A stretch of 64,000 bases of DNA from contig OZ025805.1 of NCBI GenBank assembly GCA_964019425.1, positions 124,001 to 188,000 of the forward strand, read 5' to 3'. Positions 47,439 to 60,472 of this stretch are shown piece after piece. Made by a program: the position numbers and the translations under genes. This stretch comes from Flectonema sp. DT1601. Taxonomy: Eukaryota. The first letter of the stretch is position 1, and each line of letters starts with the position of its first letter. The notes under the pieces were generated by a model. It was not told the origin of the DNA. It saw only the letters and a program-made list of their open reading frames with translations, and did not search any database.

Positions 47439-48716
47439 TTATTTATCAACTGTCGAAAGTTCCTCTTTTTCATCGTCGCTCTCAGCATCTCCTGGCTCAG
47501 CAGTTGCTGTTTTTTGCAACATTTTAAATAATTGTTTTATTCCCTCAAGCTCATCAGGAGTTGCTAAGGATCTCTGTTGTTTTGTTTTGTTTATTTTTTT
47601 ACTTTGTGAATCCGGCAGCTATGATGGTGTGTGACATACCTGAGCAACATGTAGTAGTGAAGTAACATGTTTGTGACACCTATAAGCAAATTTATTTTTC
47701 CGTCTACCAGTTCCACTCCAGTCTGATTTAGAACAAGGATATCCAAGTGTTTCTAGACTTTGTCTGCAGTGTTCGTGAAGCTCAGAAACTTCGGCGTCAG
47801 TGGCTGGTTGGACAACTGTCAAGTCGTGGCCTTGATCAGGTGCTTCAGTTCCATGTTTGAGTTCCCATAAACGAGAAACAACAACAATAGCGGAATGAGA
47901 TAAATTTAAAGAAGTGCAATAACTGGTAGTTGGTAAGGTACAGATCCCACTACACATTAGTGTGTCATTACAACTGAGACCTTTTGCTTCATTTCCGAAA
48001 ACGAGAGCAGTTCGACCAGATTTCGTTAATTCAGGAATTTGAGGAACATCTACATTACTAGTTCGGAAAGCAGCTCCACGTTTACCTGTGAAAGCTAATG
48101 CGCGATCAACACCTTCTAATGCCTCACCAAGACCAGACACTACTTTAAACGATTTCAGAAGAGGGATTCCTTCAGCGGTCGCAAGCATTTCTGAGTATCT
48201 CCAAAAATTAGTATTTAGAGTTCGATGAGGACAATCATCGGTGGTTGCTTTTTCATTTCCTTCTTCTTGTGATCTTTTACAACGTTTGATTCGACGGTCT
48301 TCCCATTCAAGTTGTTTATTAGAAACAATCCAAATATCATCGATGCCGTAATTGGCTGCTAACCTGGCGACCGATCCGATATTTCTTGAGTCCTGTGGAT
48401 CGACTAACACTATTCGGTACTCACACAATAACTCTGTTTCTTTAACGTCTTTTCCTTTTAACAATTCTTCTTTCTTTTCATCTTTAACATGAGCATATGA
48501 ACACTTATTTTCATAAGGGCATTTTCCTCGTCTGTCCCATGGACACCATCGTCCTCGTTTGCCTTCTTGTATACTTTTTGCAGCTCTGTCAGAAATGACT
48601 AAATCTGATTTTTGAATTTCTATCTCATCTTCCGCAGAAACAAACAATTTTATTGTCGAGCTCTCCACCGGTTGTTGCTCAGTTGTTTCTGATTTTCTCT
48701 TGTCTTTCTTTCCCAT
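47439..48716 (-). CDS. CCCH zinc finger + SPOUT (TrmJ/LasT-like) RNA 2'-O-methyltransferase; 2 exons (48716-47640, 47573-47439)
   Basis: CCCH finger CPWDRRGKCPYENKCSYAH; SPOUT motifs VLVDPQDSRNIGSVARLAANYG, LVFGNEAKGLS and SLNLSHSA; TrmJ-like PATDAEVSEL extension. Intron GTATGT...ACAG. Confidence 0.85.
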
Positions 48717-49847
48717 GATATTATTAATTATGATACCTGACCCCAAAAGGACTAATTTATTATAAAATAGAAATACCCAGCACTATTTCACCATCATCAG
48801 TCATGACATAATTTTTTAAACCCTAAAAAAACTCATGACACAAGTGACTTAAAATGTTAATACAGGCTAACACTCTGCAATTGACGTACTTGCTCTACAT
48901 TATAATCGTTTCTAACTTCCTTCATAATTCCAACTAAACCCGTGAACCTATTTCGCCATCATCAGTCTCTATAGGTGCCAAGCAATTTTCAGATGTGATT
49001 GTTTTTTTAATGACAAGGGGGGGTAATTTGATACTGCATTTTCAAGCTCAAAAGGAACAACAATTTCTCCGACAATCTTGACTGTCAGCGGCAGCGTAGT
49101 AAATGACTGCAAATATATAAATAATACCACTGGAGGCCACGTGAACATAGTTGAGCGCCACTTGCCTATGTTACCGTAACAGCTTTTTATAAAACTCATG
49201 AGTACTTAATTAATACATTATATTGTCTTGAAAATTAACCATAGAAAAAGACGAACACCAGGAAGGGGGGCGGCTCTTTGTCAATAGCCGTATATACTGG
49301 TATTTGATGATACGAAAACTGTATTAAAAGTAGTTCAAGATGGCGAAACACGTTGTGAAATAAATAAACGTAGCACATCTCACTACTAACAAAAAACCTA
49401 AAACAAAAAGGAAACGTGATAACCCGCATATACGGTCAACAGCCGGTAAGTGGCAAAGTGCCATTCCCTCGCTACACTCCACTCCCCCTAGCTGTCACAA
49501 ATGTAAATCAAAATGCCCTTCATGGCTAGTCACTACAATTAAACTTCCCGGGGGCGACGGGATTGGAAATAAAAGAGGGAAAAGAAAGATTGTCTTCGAT
49601 CATGCCGCTCCAAAATTAAAAAAGGGGCGAGCAAAACATCCTCATAATTCACACAGGGAGAGGGGGACACCACGCGGACTAGCCGCCGTTTTTTTGCTAA
49701 TTTTGTCCCTTGGGAAGTGCATTAAACTTGTCCACTTCAACGGTGGATAGCACGCACAGTCTCCCGTTCCTGCCCAGACCTAGGCAAAGTGTGTAACTTT
49801 AAACGTGGGTTGCATAAATAATTAGGAAAGCAACACTGGATGAGTGG

Positions 49848-50813
49848 TCAGTTGTACATAGGCACAATATGGTGAAGCTCAGAAACTTCGGCGTCAGTGG
49901 CTGGTTGGACAACTGTCAAGTCGTGGCCTTGATCAGGTGCTTCAGTTCCATGTTTGAGTTCCCATAAACGAGAAACAACAACAATAGCGGAATGAGATAA
50001 ATTTAAAGAAGTGCAATAACTGGTAGTTGGTAAGGTACAGATCCCACTACACATTAGTGTGTCATTACAACTGAGACCTTTTGCTTCATTTCCGAAAACG
50101 AGAGCAGTTCGACCAGATTTCGTTAATTCAGGAATTTGAGGAACATCTACATTACTAGTTCGGAAAGCAGCTCCACGTTTACCTGTGAAAGCTAATGCGC
50201 GATCAACACCTTCTAATGCCTCACCAAGACCAGACACTACTTTAAACGATTTCAGAAGAGGGATTCCTTCAGCGGTCGCAAGCATTTCTGAGTATCTCCA
50301 AAAATTAGTATTTAGAGTTCGATGAGGACAATCATCGGTGGTTGCTTTTTCATTTCCTTCTTCTTGTGATCTTTTACAACGTTTGATTCGACGGTCTTCC
50401 CATTCAAGTTGTTTATTAGAAACAATCCAAATATCATCGATGCCGTAATTGGCTGCTAACCTGGCGACCGATCCGATATTTCTTGAGTCCTGTGGATCGA
50501 CTAACACTATTCGGTACTCACACAATAACTCTGTTTCTTTAACGTCTTTTCCTTTTAACAATTCTTCTTTCTTTTCATCTTTAACATGAGCATATGAACA
50601 CTTATTTTCATAAGGGCATTTTCCTCGTCTGTCCCATGGACACCATCGTCCTCGTTTGCCTTCTTGTATACTTTTTGCAGCTCTGTCAGAAATGACTAAA
50701 TCTGATTTTTGAATTTCTATCTCATCTTCCGCAGAAACAAACAATTTTATTGTCGAGCTCTCCACCGGTTGTTGCTCAGTTGTTTCTGATTTTCTCTTGT
50801 CTTTCTTTCCCAT
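49848..50813 (-). pseudogene. 3'-truncated, apparently identical duplicate of the TrmJ-like gene
   Basis: 49872-51118 duplicates 47775-49021 (offset 2097). The protein diverges after VSELH and stops 7 codons later. Confidence 0.8.
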
Positions 50814-51267
50814 GATATTATTAATTATGATACCTGACCCCAAAAGGACTAATTTATTATAAAATAGAAATACCCAGCACTATTTCACCATCATCAGTCA
50901 TGACATAATTTTTTAAACCCTAAAAAAACTCATGACACAAGTGACTTAAAATGTTAATACAGGCTAACACTCTGCAATTGACGTACTTGCTCTACATTAT
51001 AATCGTTTCTAACTTCCTTCATAATTCCAACTAAACCCGTGAACCTATTTCGCCATCATCAGTCTCTATAGGTGCCAAGCAATTTTCAGATGTGATTGTT
51101 TTTTTAATGACAAGGGGGGGGGGTGAAAAAATGAATAAATAAGGAGGTGAAATAATAAAACAGAAGAGAGATCCACTCGTAACTAACCAATTAAGTACCT
51201 GGCCCAGAAAGGTAACAACCACCTACTCTGTGGCAGCAGGTGTGATTGAAATAATAGAAAGGGGGGA

Positions 51268-51310
<43 letters not shown>

Positions 51311-51557
51311 ACTGAAGCACAACCGATACCCGGGAAAAAAAAAAAAAAAAAAAAAAAATATATGTTGGGGAAAAACAATTGCACAATTAAAAGAGGGTGG
51401 GAAAAAATCAGAAAAAGAACAACCGTAGCCAAAATAATACCCAACTCAACTTATCTTTTAATTTTTTTTTTTTTTTCCTTTTTTTCCATCACACCGAAGA
51501 TCTCACTCATTGCAACATGACTCACTGTGTCTTTACAACTTTTGAGTGACATCCACC

Positions 51558-51591
<34 letters not shown>

Positions 51592-52412
51592 CCTTCCTTT
51601 TTAATCAAAAAGATAAAAAATATAAATTAGGGAAGTGAGGGGAAAAAAAAAAACGTGGCTGAAAAAAATAAGAATAGTCTAGGTCCCCAATCGCGGGGCG
51701 ACCGCAGAGTCGGGGTGTGAAGAAGAAAAAAAAAAGAAAAAAAATCAAAGTGAGGAATAGAAGAGAAGTAAGGCCTCCTCAATGAGGCTAACATGATATC
51801 TTGATCGAAATAAAAACTATCAAATAATCGGCACTAAACAACCAAACTTTTTTTTTTTTTTTTTTTTTTGCTACTAAGTTGATCTGTTGCAAAAAAAAAA
51901 AAAAAAAAAAAAAAGTTTGGTTGTTTTTTTTTAAAAAAGAAAATAAAGAAGGAAAGGGAAGAAAAAACGAAACTTATTTTTTTTTTTTTTCTTGGAAAAA
52001 AAAGTGGGGGGGGTAGGTCCTACCAAAATAACTCATTGCTTTTAAAGATGATCCTCTTTGCGAGTTGCGGAAAAAAAAAAAAAAAAAAAAAAAAATAGTG
52101 GTGGGAGGGAAACGAATGACCTCGTCAGACTATACCCCTAGTATTAACATGTTCTTCAGAAACGCACATCTACTTGTACTTTTCTGTGAGTGAACAGCTT
52201 TTTTACTCATAAAAGCTTTCTTGTTCATTTCTGGTGTCCATTTTTGTTTTCTTTTTTTGTCAACCAAACCAATCGTATCATAATGCCCAAAGTCTAATTA
52301 TAATATTCAGAAATATCCTCCCTTTTCTGAATTAAATAATTATGTCATCCTAACCCGTTTGGATTAGAATTTTTTTAAATCAAAAAACTAACCTCCACTT
52401 AATAAGAAGAGA

Positions 52413-53021
52413 TCAGTCAAATGTATTCAAAAGATCCACCGATGGTTGGACGTATCCACTGAACTTGATTGAGCTTCGTGAATACTCTTCTCGTTCATCA
52501 GCAGCGATACGACCCCGAAGAAGTGCTTTTGTACCTCCACCTCGACTACTGCTTTGAGAGTTATTGTAACCGCCTCTAGAGGCTCCCTTACCACGTGAGC
52601 TATGCTGAGGTGGTGCAGATCCCCTTCCACCGTATGATTGTGACGGAGGTGATCTCCTTCCGCATTCCGACATTTCAGTTTTTTTATAATTTTCAGAAAC
52701 TGGTTGCATATCAGTCTTCACCGGTTGAGATGACTGTCTTTGATGCTGCTGTTGCTGTCCTCCGAATATCCTCGCTCTAGCTTGTTTATATGAACCAACC
52801 TTACTCTCGTATGATTGGGGAACATCATTCTTCTGTCTCTGAAGCATCTGTCTACTACTTCCATCACCAGTATTGGGTTGTATAATTCCAACTATCTCTT
52901 CTTTTTCTCTTTCCCTGGCTAGCGCATCAGTGCTTGTTGGTTGTTCAGCGCCGAAGCAGAATCCCAACAACTTTTCTGACATCCCACTTGATCCATTGTT
53001 GTTTATTCTCTTTCTGCCCAT
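52413..53021 (-). CDS. SUZ-domain RNA-binding protein (SZRD1-like) with RGG region
   Basis: SYESKVGSYKQARARIFGG resembles the SUZ motif; SRGG repeats follow. Confidence 0.6.
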   Translation of the reverse strand: MGRKRINNNGSSGMSEKLLGFCFGAEQPTSTDALAREREKEEIVGIIQPNTGDGSSRQMLQRQKNDVPQSYESKVGSYKQARARIFGGQQQQHQRQSSQPVKTDMQPVSENYKKTEMSECGRRSPPSQSYGGRGSAPPQHSSRGKGASRGGYNNSQSSSRGGGTKALLRGRIAADEREEYSRSSIKFSGYVQPSVDLLNTFD

Positions 53022-54195
53022 TACCTGCGTGTTAGAAAAAAAGTATAAAACAGAATAAATGGGGATGTGTGCACCGTCCGTTTTGCTACAGAAATAAACA
53101 GACCTCTCTACTTTTCATCTCCTCCGAGTTTTTTTTTTCTCCCCCTTCCTGAATTAGCAAAAAAATAACAGATATTTTAGGTGAGTGGATTACCTCTCAT
53201 TTACAATCACAGGCTTCAAGCGCGCGCTGCGTAAGAATTTCTGCATTCAAGCAAAAGAAAGAAAGGAAAAAAAAAAAGGGAGATTTTTTTTTTATTTTAT
53301 TTTTTTCGAAAGTCGCAACAATAAGACGTTGTGTTGTTATTTTTTTTTTTTATTTTTTTTTTTTTTGTGCTTGTGCGCAAAAATTAGTTATAGGGCCTCA
53401 TGAAAAAAAAAAAAAAAAAAGGAAAACCTACACAGATCCACCAGGTTTGGGAAAACATATACTACGGTCACGGCCTTGTGTAGCTTTTTTTTGACCCCTG
53501 GATATGTGTTAGAAAAAAAAAAGAAAAAAAAATCTGACTAACAAAAAAAAAATTCCCCAGGAAAACAAAAAGTTTTTTTTTTTTTTTTTTCATTTTCCTA
53601 AAAACCGAAAAATTAGCAAGAACAGCAAGAATAAAAAAACAACGAAATTTTTTGTTCGAAAAGGAACGCGGAAATAATCATACATTTTAACTATCATACA
53701 CACAAAGGCAGTGCCACAAAACAAGACCTTATCAAAAAAAATTGGCTAAAGATCGAAATATTAGTTTAGTTTAGTATTAACAATTCATCAAGGATAAAGG
53801 AGGTGAAACTTTGACAATGTAAAAAAAAACAGTAACAACTTTAAGGGTATTAAAAACAAAATCAATATCAAAGTACTTGACAATACAATATCCATCAGGG
53901 ATAGAGGGGAGTTAACTGTTCAATTTTGTACGTAAAAATACAAATGTTTTGTATCATAAAAAACAACATAACGATAATTTTAACATTAGTTCTGAGATAC
54001 AGTTGACTAAAAGTAATGTTAGTGTAGGTATACACTCTGCAATTGACGTAAATACTTTTACATCATAAATGTTTCTTAACTTAGCTGCATTACACATCTC
54101 TTTTTTTCCGTGTTGTCATTCAGTGCAGTACGGAATCGAGTTATTCAATTTTGAATTAATCGTGAGCCCTGGGAGGGGAAGGGCTCACTGTGAGC

Positions 54196-54598
54196 TCATT
54201 TTAAAGTTTCCAAATAAGCAATCACATCATGTCTGTCCTTATCCCGTCTTATTCCTGCAAATGCCATTTTATTTCCCGGCATGAATTTTCTCGGATTTCT
54301 GAGATATTGATCAAGAACGTCAGGTGACCACACAACACCAGAATCTCTGTTAGATTTTGAATACGCAAAGCTCGGTACCGTTCCAGCTGTCCTCCCTACA
54401 ATTCCATAAAGGTTTGGTCCTATACCATTAGTAGCACTCTGGTTGTTGTTTTTTTTCTTGTTTTTTTTAAAAAACAAACACAACAACAACAAAAAAAAAA
54501 AAAAAAAGATCACAAACCTTTGTAAGAGTGTGGCATTGTCCTGCCTTGATTTCAACTATTCGCTTTCCAATCTCCGGATTACCACCATAGTATGACAT
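54196..54598 (-). CDS. CYC: Mitochondrial cytochrome c, euglenozoan single-cysteine type; 2 exons (54598-54518, 54438-54196), 107 aa
   Basis: Spliced protein [43 protein letters not shown]...[19 protein letters not shown]. The heme motif is AGQCH rather than CxxCH. Confidence 0.93.
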
Positions 54599-54891
54599 AT
54601 TTAAGTAAGCAGCCTGTTTTTTATGTGAAAAGGAGAACAATTGAAGTGACTGCTCTAAAAAGTTTTTTTTTTTTTTTTTTTTTCCTCACCAAATGACATT
54701 ACTTGTTTAGTTTAGTTAGCAAAATACAAACTGATGACTACGAGGGGTCTGGGTAGCCCGCATCACTACTAATAATTGAGTTGTAGCTGTTGATGAGATA
54801 AAAAAAAAAAAATTTCAAAAAAAAATATACTTACTATAATTCAGATAGCGAGAGCTCCAACAAAAAAGAAACTTATGAAGGGTTTCTAACA

Positions 54892-54924
<33 letters not shown>

Positions 54925-55367
54925 TCCCCTAAGCCTCGCAAATTAACACTGTTGTCGATTTATATTCGTATAGAACACTAATGCTGTTCAACGCTTGGGG
55001 ATAGTTTTTTTCTTTTTTTTTTTTAAAAAAACTAAGGATTGGGGAAGTGGAGAAGCACAGACCAGCAAGAAATAATAATAAAAAACACTTCAAAAAGAAA
55101 TCATTGAAGAACCCCTCAGGGGGGGACATCCGTGGTGGTAACACTGCGCTCTTCTTCCGGCTGGACTAAGTTGCTTGTCCAGAATTAAAGCAGTAAACTT
55201 GTCAATCTTCTCCGTTGTTGTTGAACCATAAATAAATAACTATAATTACAAAGGGAGGGGAAGGAGGGCTGGGGGAACATGACTAAATAAACAACAGCGC
55301 AAACGTAACCTGCAAAAATAAAGGAAACAAAAAGAATCAAAAAAAAAAAAAAGAAAAACCAAGGCAC

Positions 55368-56927
55368 CTAAGCGATCTTCTCAAATTTCTTAGATCCTGG
55401 ATTTTCCTTCTCTTCTTTAACCTGTTTTGGAGGAAGGTGTTTGTTTTCATAGATAACATTAAAAGAATAAAAAGCAGTAAAAAGACAAACCTTTCTAAAC
55501 CAGAAGTCACCAGCCTGCACATATGGAACGCCCGAAGCATAGTCTTCGATACGTTCTTCCATGTGATGACGATAGTGGCGAACAAGCCCCTGAACTGGCC
55601 AGGAAGCAGCAGCTCCTAAAGCGCAGATTGTTCGTCCGTCTATTTGACGGGTAATGTTGTCAATCATACTGATTTCTCCCTTACGAGCATCACCAGTTAC
55701 AAAACGATGCATAATATCGAGTAACCAACCAGTTCCTTCTCTACATGGAGTGCACTGACCACAAGATTCATTTTTATAGAATCTTGATAAACGAGCAATA
55801 GCCTTTATCATGTCAGTTGATTTATCAAACACGATAACAGCTGCGGTACCGAGACCTGATTGACGGTCTTTAAGATCATCAAAATCCATTAAGGCATCGT
55901 CACACATACTACGGGGTAGTACAGGACAGGAACTACCACCTGGGATTACTGCTTCTAAGTTTTCCCAACCACCACGAACACCACCACAATGTTTATCAAT
56001 GAGGGCTCTCATTGGAATCGACATTTTCTCTTCAACCGTCACTCTGTGATTGACATGTCCACTGATGCAGAATAATTTTGTTCCGCTGTTGTTTTTACGA
56101 CCAAAACTTTGGAACCAATCTGGTCCTCTTCTAATAATGGTCGGTAGAACAGCGACTGTCTCAACATTTGTAACGGTAGTAGGACATCCATATAATCCAG
56201 CCATTGCAGGGAAAGGAGGTTTCAAACGTGGTTTACCTGGTTTTCCTTCAATTGATTGAATCAAAGCTGACTCTTCACCGCAGATGTACGCACCTCCACC
56301 ACGGTGATGGTACAGATCGAAATCGTATCCAGTACCACAGGCATTCTTACCAATGAATCCTTTAGCATAGGCTTCTTGAATAGCACGTTCAACAGCCATG
56401 ACTTCATTAAAGTATTCACCTCTTGAATAGATATAACCAGCGCGAGCTCCCATAGCCACACCAGCTATAAGACAACCTTCAACTAATTTGTGAGGATCAT
56501 GTCTCATGATTTCTCTGTCTTTGCAGGTACCAGGTTCAGACTCATCAGCATTCACGACGAGGTAGGATGGTCGGTCATCCGGTTTTTTCTTTGGCATGAA
56601 ACTGTATTTAAGTCCACTTGGGAATCCTGCACCACCTCTTCCACGGAGACCTGATGCTTTGAATTCGTTAATAAGCCAGTCTCTTCCTTTGTTGACGATT
56701 TCCTTTGTACGAAACCAATCTCCTCTCTTCATCGCGCCATCTATCCAAGGGCTGCCATCGCAGTATAGATTTGTAAAAATTCTGTCTTCATCTTTCAGGA
56801 AGGTATTATCAGGATATTCGACGTTGAGAGTCGTTCCCGAACCGGCAACGACCATACGGCCTTCGACTGATGAGAAGGCACGAGCCCCCACCTTTCTTAA
56901 AATTCGCAATCTCGGTATGGTCTTCAT
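55368..56927 (-). CDS. NDUFV1: NADH dehydrogenase (complex I) 51-kDa flavoprotein subunit; probable 69-nt in-frame intron 55422-55490
   Basis: Motifs [49 protein letters not shown] and TICALG. Confidence 0.97.
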   Translation of the reverse strand: MKTIPRLRILRKVGARAFSSVEGRMVVAGSGTTLNVEYPDNTFLKDEDRIFTNLYCDGSPWIDGAMKRGDWFRTKEIVNKGRDWLINEFKASGLRGRGGAGFPSGLKYSFMPKKKPDDRPSYLVVNADESEPGTCKDREIMRHDPHKLVEGCLIAGVAMGARAGYIYSRGEYFNEVMAVERAIQEAYAKGFIGKNACGTGYDFDLYHHRGGGAYICGEESALIQSIEGKPGKPRLKPPFPAMAGLYGCPTTVTNVETVAVLPTIIRRGPDWFQSFGRKNNSGTKLFCISGHVNHRVTVEEKMSIPMRALIDKHCGGVRGGWENLEAVIPGGSSCPVLPRSMCDDALMDFDDLKDRQSGLGTAAVIVFDKSTDMIKAIARLSRFYKNESCGQCTPCREGTGWLLDIMHRFVTGDARKGEISMIDNITRQIDGRTICALGAAASWPVQGLVRHYRHHMEERIEDYASGVPYVQAGDFWFRKVCLFTAFYSFNVIYENKHLPPKQVKEEKENPGSKKFEKIA

Positions 56928-57387
56928 CGTTGACCCTTCAAACCTAAAAAAAAAAGAAATTGGCTTTTATCTTAAAACTATACAGAAAATAGTAATATAA
57001 CACCGATTTTTTGTTTGTGTCACGAAAAACGTGAATCGACTTAAACTGATAAAGCTAAGGGAGGTTTACGTGTGCTGCCCCCCCCCAACATCCTTTTTCG
57101 TTCTTACAATACTTGTTAAATGCAAAAAATAATAATAATTTTGTCTGAATAAAAAAAACTCAAAAAAAAAAAAAAAAGAATCGGCACCTCACTAAATAAT
57201 TCTCACACTTTGTTTTTGTTTGTGCGCAACCGGACCCCTTAATATTTAAAAAAATCCCCAGTAATTTCCTTTATGTATTATCTCTGTGAGTGGGAAAAGA
57301 AATTTGTTTTGACATAATTTTACAAAAAAAACAATACAATAAAATGCTAAAACAGATTTATTAATTGTTCTCCTAAAAAAACGAAAC

Positions 57388-57418
<31 letters not shown>

Positions 57419-59006
57419 GAAATAATGTCAAAAAAGAAAAAAAGGGTTTTTGGGGGGTAAAGATGACTGCAAAAAAAAGTGCGGTAAGTTCTATTGTAGA
57501 AAGAAGAAGAAAGAAAAAAAAAGAAAAGAAAAAAAAACCATCTTCTCAAGCCACTTCTCTTTTTTTTTTAACCTTTTTTTTTTCCAAGTGATTGATTTTG
57601 TTTTTTTTTGTTTTTTTTTTGTTTTTTTTTTTTCTAAAACAAAATATCCCTTCCATTATATTACAAGCAGAATCTTATTATTATTATTTTTTTTTTTTTT
57701 TTTTTTTTTCCCAGGGGGGTTAAAAGTTTGAATTTATAAAATACAACTGTATTGCATCATATTAACATAAAAAAAACGATAATTTAACGTCTGTTAAGGA
57801 TACAGTGAACTATTGGTGATGCTTTTTAACTATTTAGGTTTCGAGAGTAATCCATGTACCCCTCTTCACCTCTATTCTCTCATCATCAGTTATGGTGTAG
57901 AAGTCAGTCAATTCCGGGGGAAGACATGCCAAAAAAAAAAAAAAAAAAAATTCCCTTCATTTATACTTACAAAAAGCTGTCATATAACAAACACAGAAGT
58001 ATAGACAACAGGTAAGAACTGGAAGTTAGAAAACTGCTAACAAGACACGACCATGTGCGTAAAAAAAAACAAAAAAAAAAAAAAAAAAATATATAACCTT
58101 GCTATCGATCAACCAATCTCCTACCTGAACCGGGGTTTGAGCAAAGATGATAAGATATTGCTTACAAAAAAAAAAAAAAAAAAAAAGTTAGTAATCAATA
58201 AAAAACATCAGTTGCTCTTCACCTCAAACTCCCCTGGTGGGTGAGCAGGTCATCAATCAAACCTGATTAATACTTGCGATGATATTACATTTACGTGCAA
58301 AAAAGAAAAAAACAGAGATTGGAGGGGGGTTTTTTTTTTAAATATGTATTGTACCAAAGTTTTAACTAAAATTTAAAAACGTTAGTTACAATACATGTTT
58401 GACTCAAGATAATGTTAGTAGTGTTAAAAACGCTCTGCTTATGCCGTAGAACTTAAGAGGAGAAAGAGGGGAAAGGTCACAGGGAATAGGCACAAGGAGA
58501 GTATCAGCAAAGAAGCAGATCAACAAACGTACTTAAACAAGAAGATATCTTTTTTTTTTTTTTTTTTTTTTTTCCTTAAGTTGAAAAGAACGAGAGCAAT
58601 AAACTATGCTTCCAGAGATTGCAATCGAAATTGAAAAAAAAAAAAAAGCCGACCACAATAGTCAATCTGCCTTCGCAGAGTTTTTTTTCAGCAGTAAAAA
58701 AGGGACCATGACATTGTTAAACTGCAGTGAAAGAAAAAGAGGGGGGGAAAAAAAAAGGGAATCTTTTTTTTTATATAAACTTATATTCTATTCTTGTCTA
58801 ATTGTTGTTGTGGAAAACGGGTGGGGTTTTTTATTTTTATTTTTTTTTTTTTGTTTTTTTTTTTTTTTTTTTTATTTTCGAACTAAACTCAAATCTAAAG
58901 CCACACAACAAGAATAATTAGACACCAGAAACTGTAATCTGTATCTGCATCTTTCCCTTTTCTAACAGGGTATTATCGTCTCAAATCTCTGGGTTCAAAG
59001 ATTTGG

Positions 59007-59892
59007 TTACTTGCAACATCCTCCCTTTCCCTGTTTTAAAAAAAAATGAATTTTTTTTTTTTTTTTTCTTTTTAAAGTCTTTTTTAAAATAAAAATAAAA
59101 AAAAAACATTAAAACATACCTTCTTGGCCTTTTTCGCAGCGTTTGTGTCAGCTATATTAATCGCTTCTCTATTTTTTGAACGGAGAGAAGTTTTTTCACC
59201 ACTGTCTGGAACACCCCCATTGGCGTTAGCTACACTGTAAACTTCCTTGACTAACCAATCAAAGGCCTCTCCGACATTCGTGCTGTCATAAGCAGATGTC
59301 TCTAATAGGCAGAGTTGATTTTCTTGGGCGAATTTTTCAGCGGTTTCCTGAATTTTTTTTTTTTTTTTTTTCCGTCAGATAAGAAGGTAAATAACATAAT
59401 AACATACCTTCTGAATAGTACGAAGGTGCACCAAGTCACACTTGTTACCAATCAGCATGATAACGGCACTTGGTTGAACATGGTTGCGAAGTTCTTGGAG
59501 CCATGTGGAGATATTATCGAAAGAAGACTGCGTTTTTTTTGTTTTTTTTTTTTTTAAATTTCACATTCTCTCTAGAACACGACAAAAAAAGAACATCAAG
59601 TGGGAAACAAACCTTATTTGTTATATCATATACGAGCATAGCTCCCTTTGCTCCAGTGTAAATTGATCGACTGATCGCTCTGAACCTCTCTTGACCAGCT
59701 GTGTCCCAAATCTGAACCTTAACATCTCTTTCATCAACTTTCATACTTTTAGTCATAAATTCAACACCGATGGTTGAAGGACTCTCAACATTAAATTCAT
59801 CAGCAGTGTACCTCGTCATCAAATTAGACTTTCCAACTCCACTGTCTCCTATTAATACAACCTTGAACAGGTACTGAAAATCTGAATCGGTT

Positions 59893-59897
<5 letters not shown>
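59007..59897 (-). CDS. RAB11: Rab11-family GTPase (Rab11B-like); 4 exons (59897-59613, 59527-59408, 59347-59120, 59030-59007)
   Basis: Motifs [32 protein letters not shown] and ETSA; C-terminal GGCCK prenylation motif after splicing. Confidence 0.92.
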
Positions 59898-59929
<32 letters not shown>

Positions 59930-60472
59930 TATTCTGTTTTTAAATGATTGCGTGACTCAATAAAATAAATGCCAAGGCTTACTCCCACTCTCCTACAGAG
60001 GTAGTGTACTACATATGCTATGAGGGTGAAAATATGTAACAACCCAAACAAGACAAAACAGAAAAAAAACAAAATAAAAGACTCAAACATAGTTTTTTTT
60101 TCTTTTTTTTTTTTTCTTTCCGTTGTGTGCGTTGCTCACTCAATTTGTTTTAAAAGGACCACCACGAAAGGCTAGCGGCGATAGGGGTAGGGTGTTAAAA
60201 CTGTGAGGGGTCCTAAAAAACAGAGTGATACCTTGAAAAAGTATGTTAACAAAGTAATAGAAAAAAAAAAAAAGAAAAAAAAAAAAGCAACCAAACATAT
60301 TTTGGATTGTGGTTCACATAAGTTTATACCGCCTGTCCCTTACATTTTCTTTTAGAAAAACATCTGCTTCTCAGATTCCGCTTTGACTTTTGCAGTTGAG
60401 TGTAAAGTCACATATAAAGTAAGTAATGTATTGCCAACAGAATGAATGGACCATAAACGAAGCCTATTGAGA

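Noticed and set aside
51031..58917. Many short poly-Lys/poly-Phe ORFs
   Set aside because: They are translations of intergenic and intronic A/T homopolymer runs.
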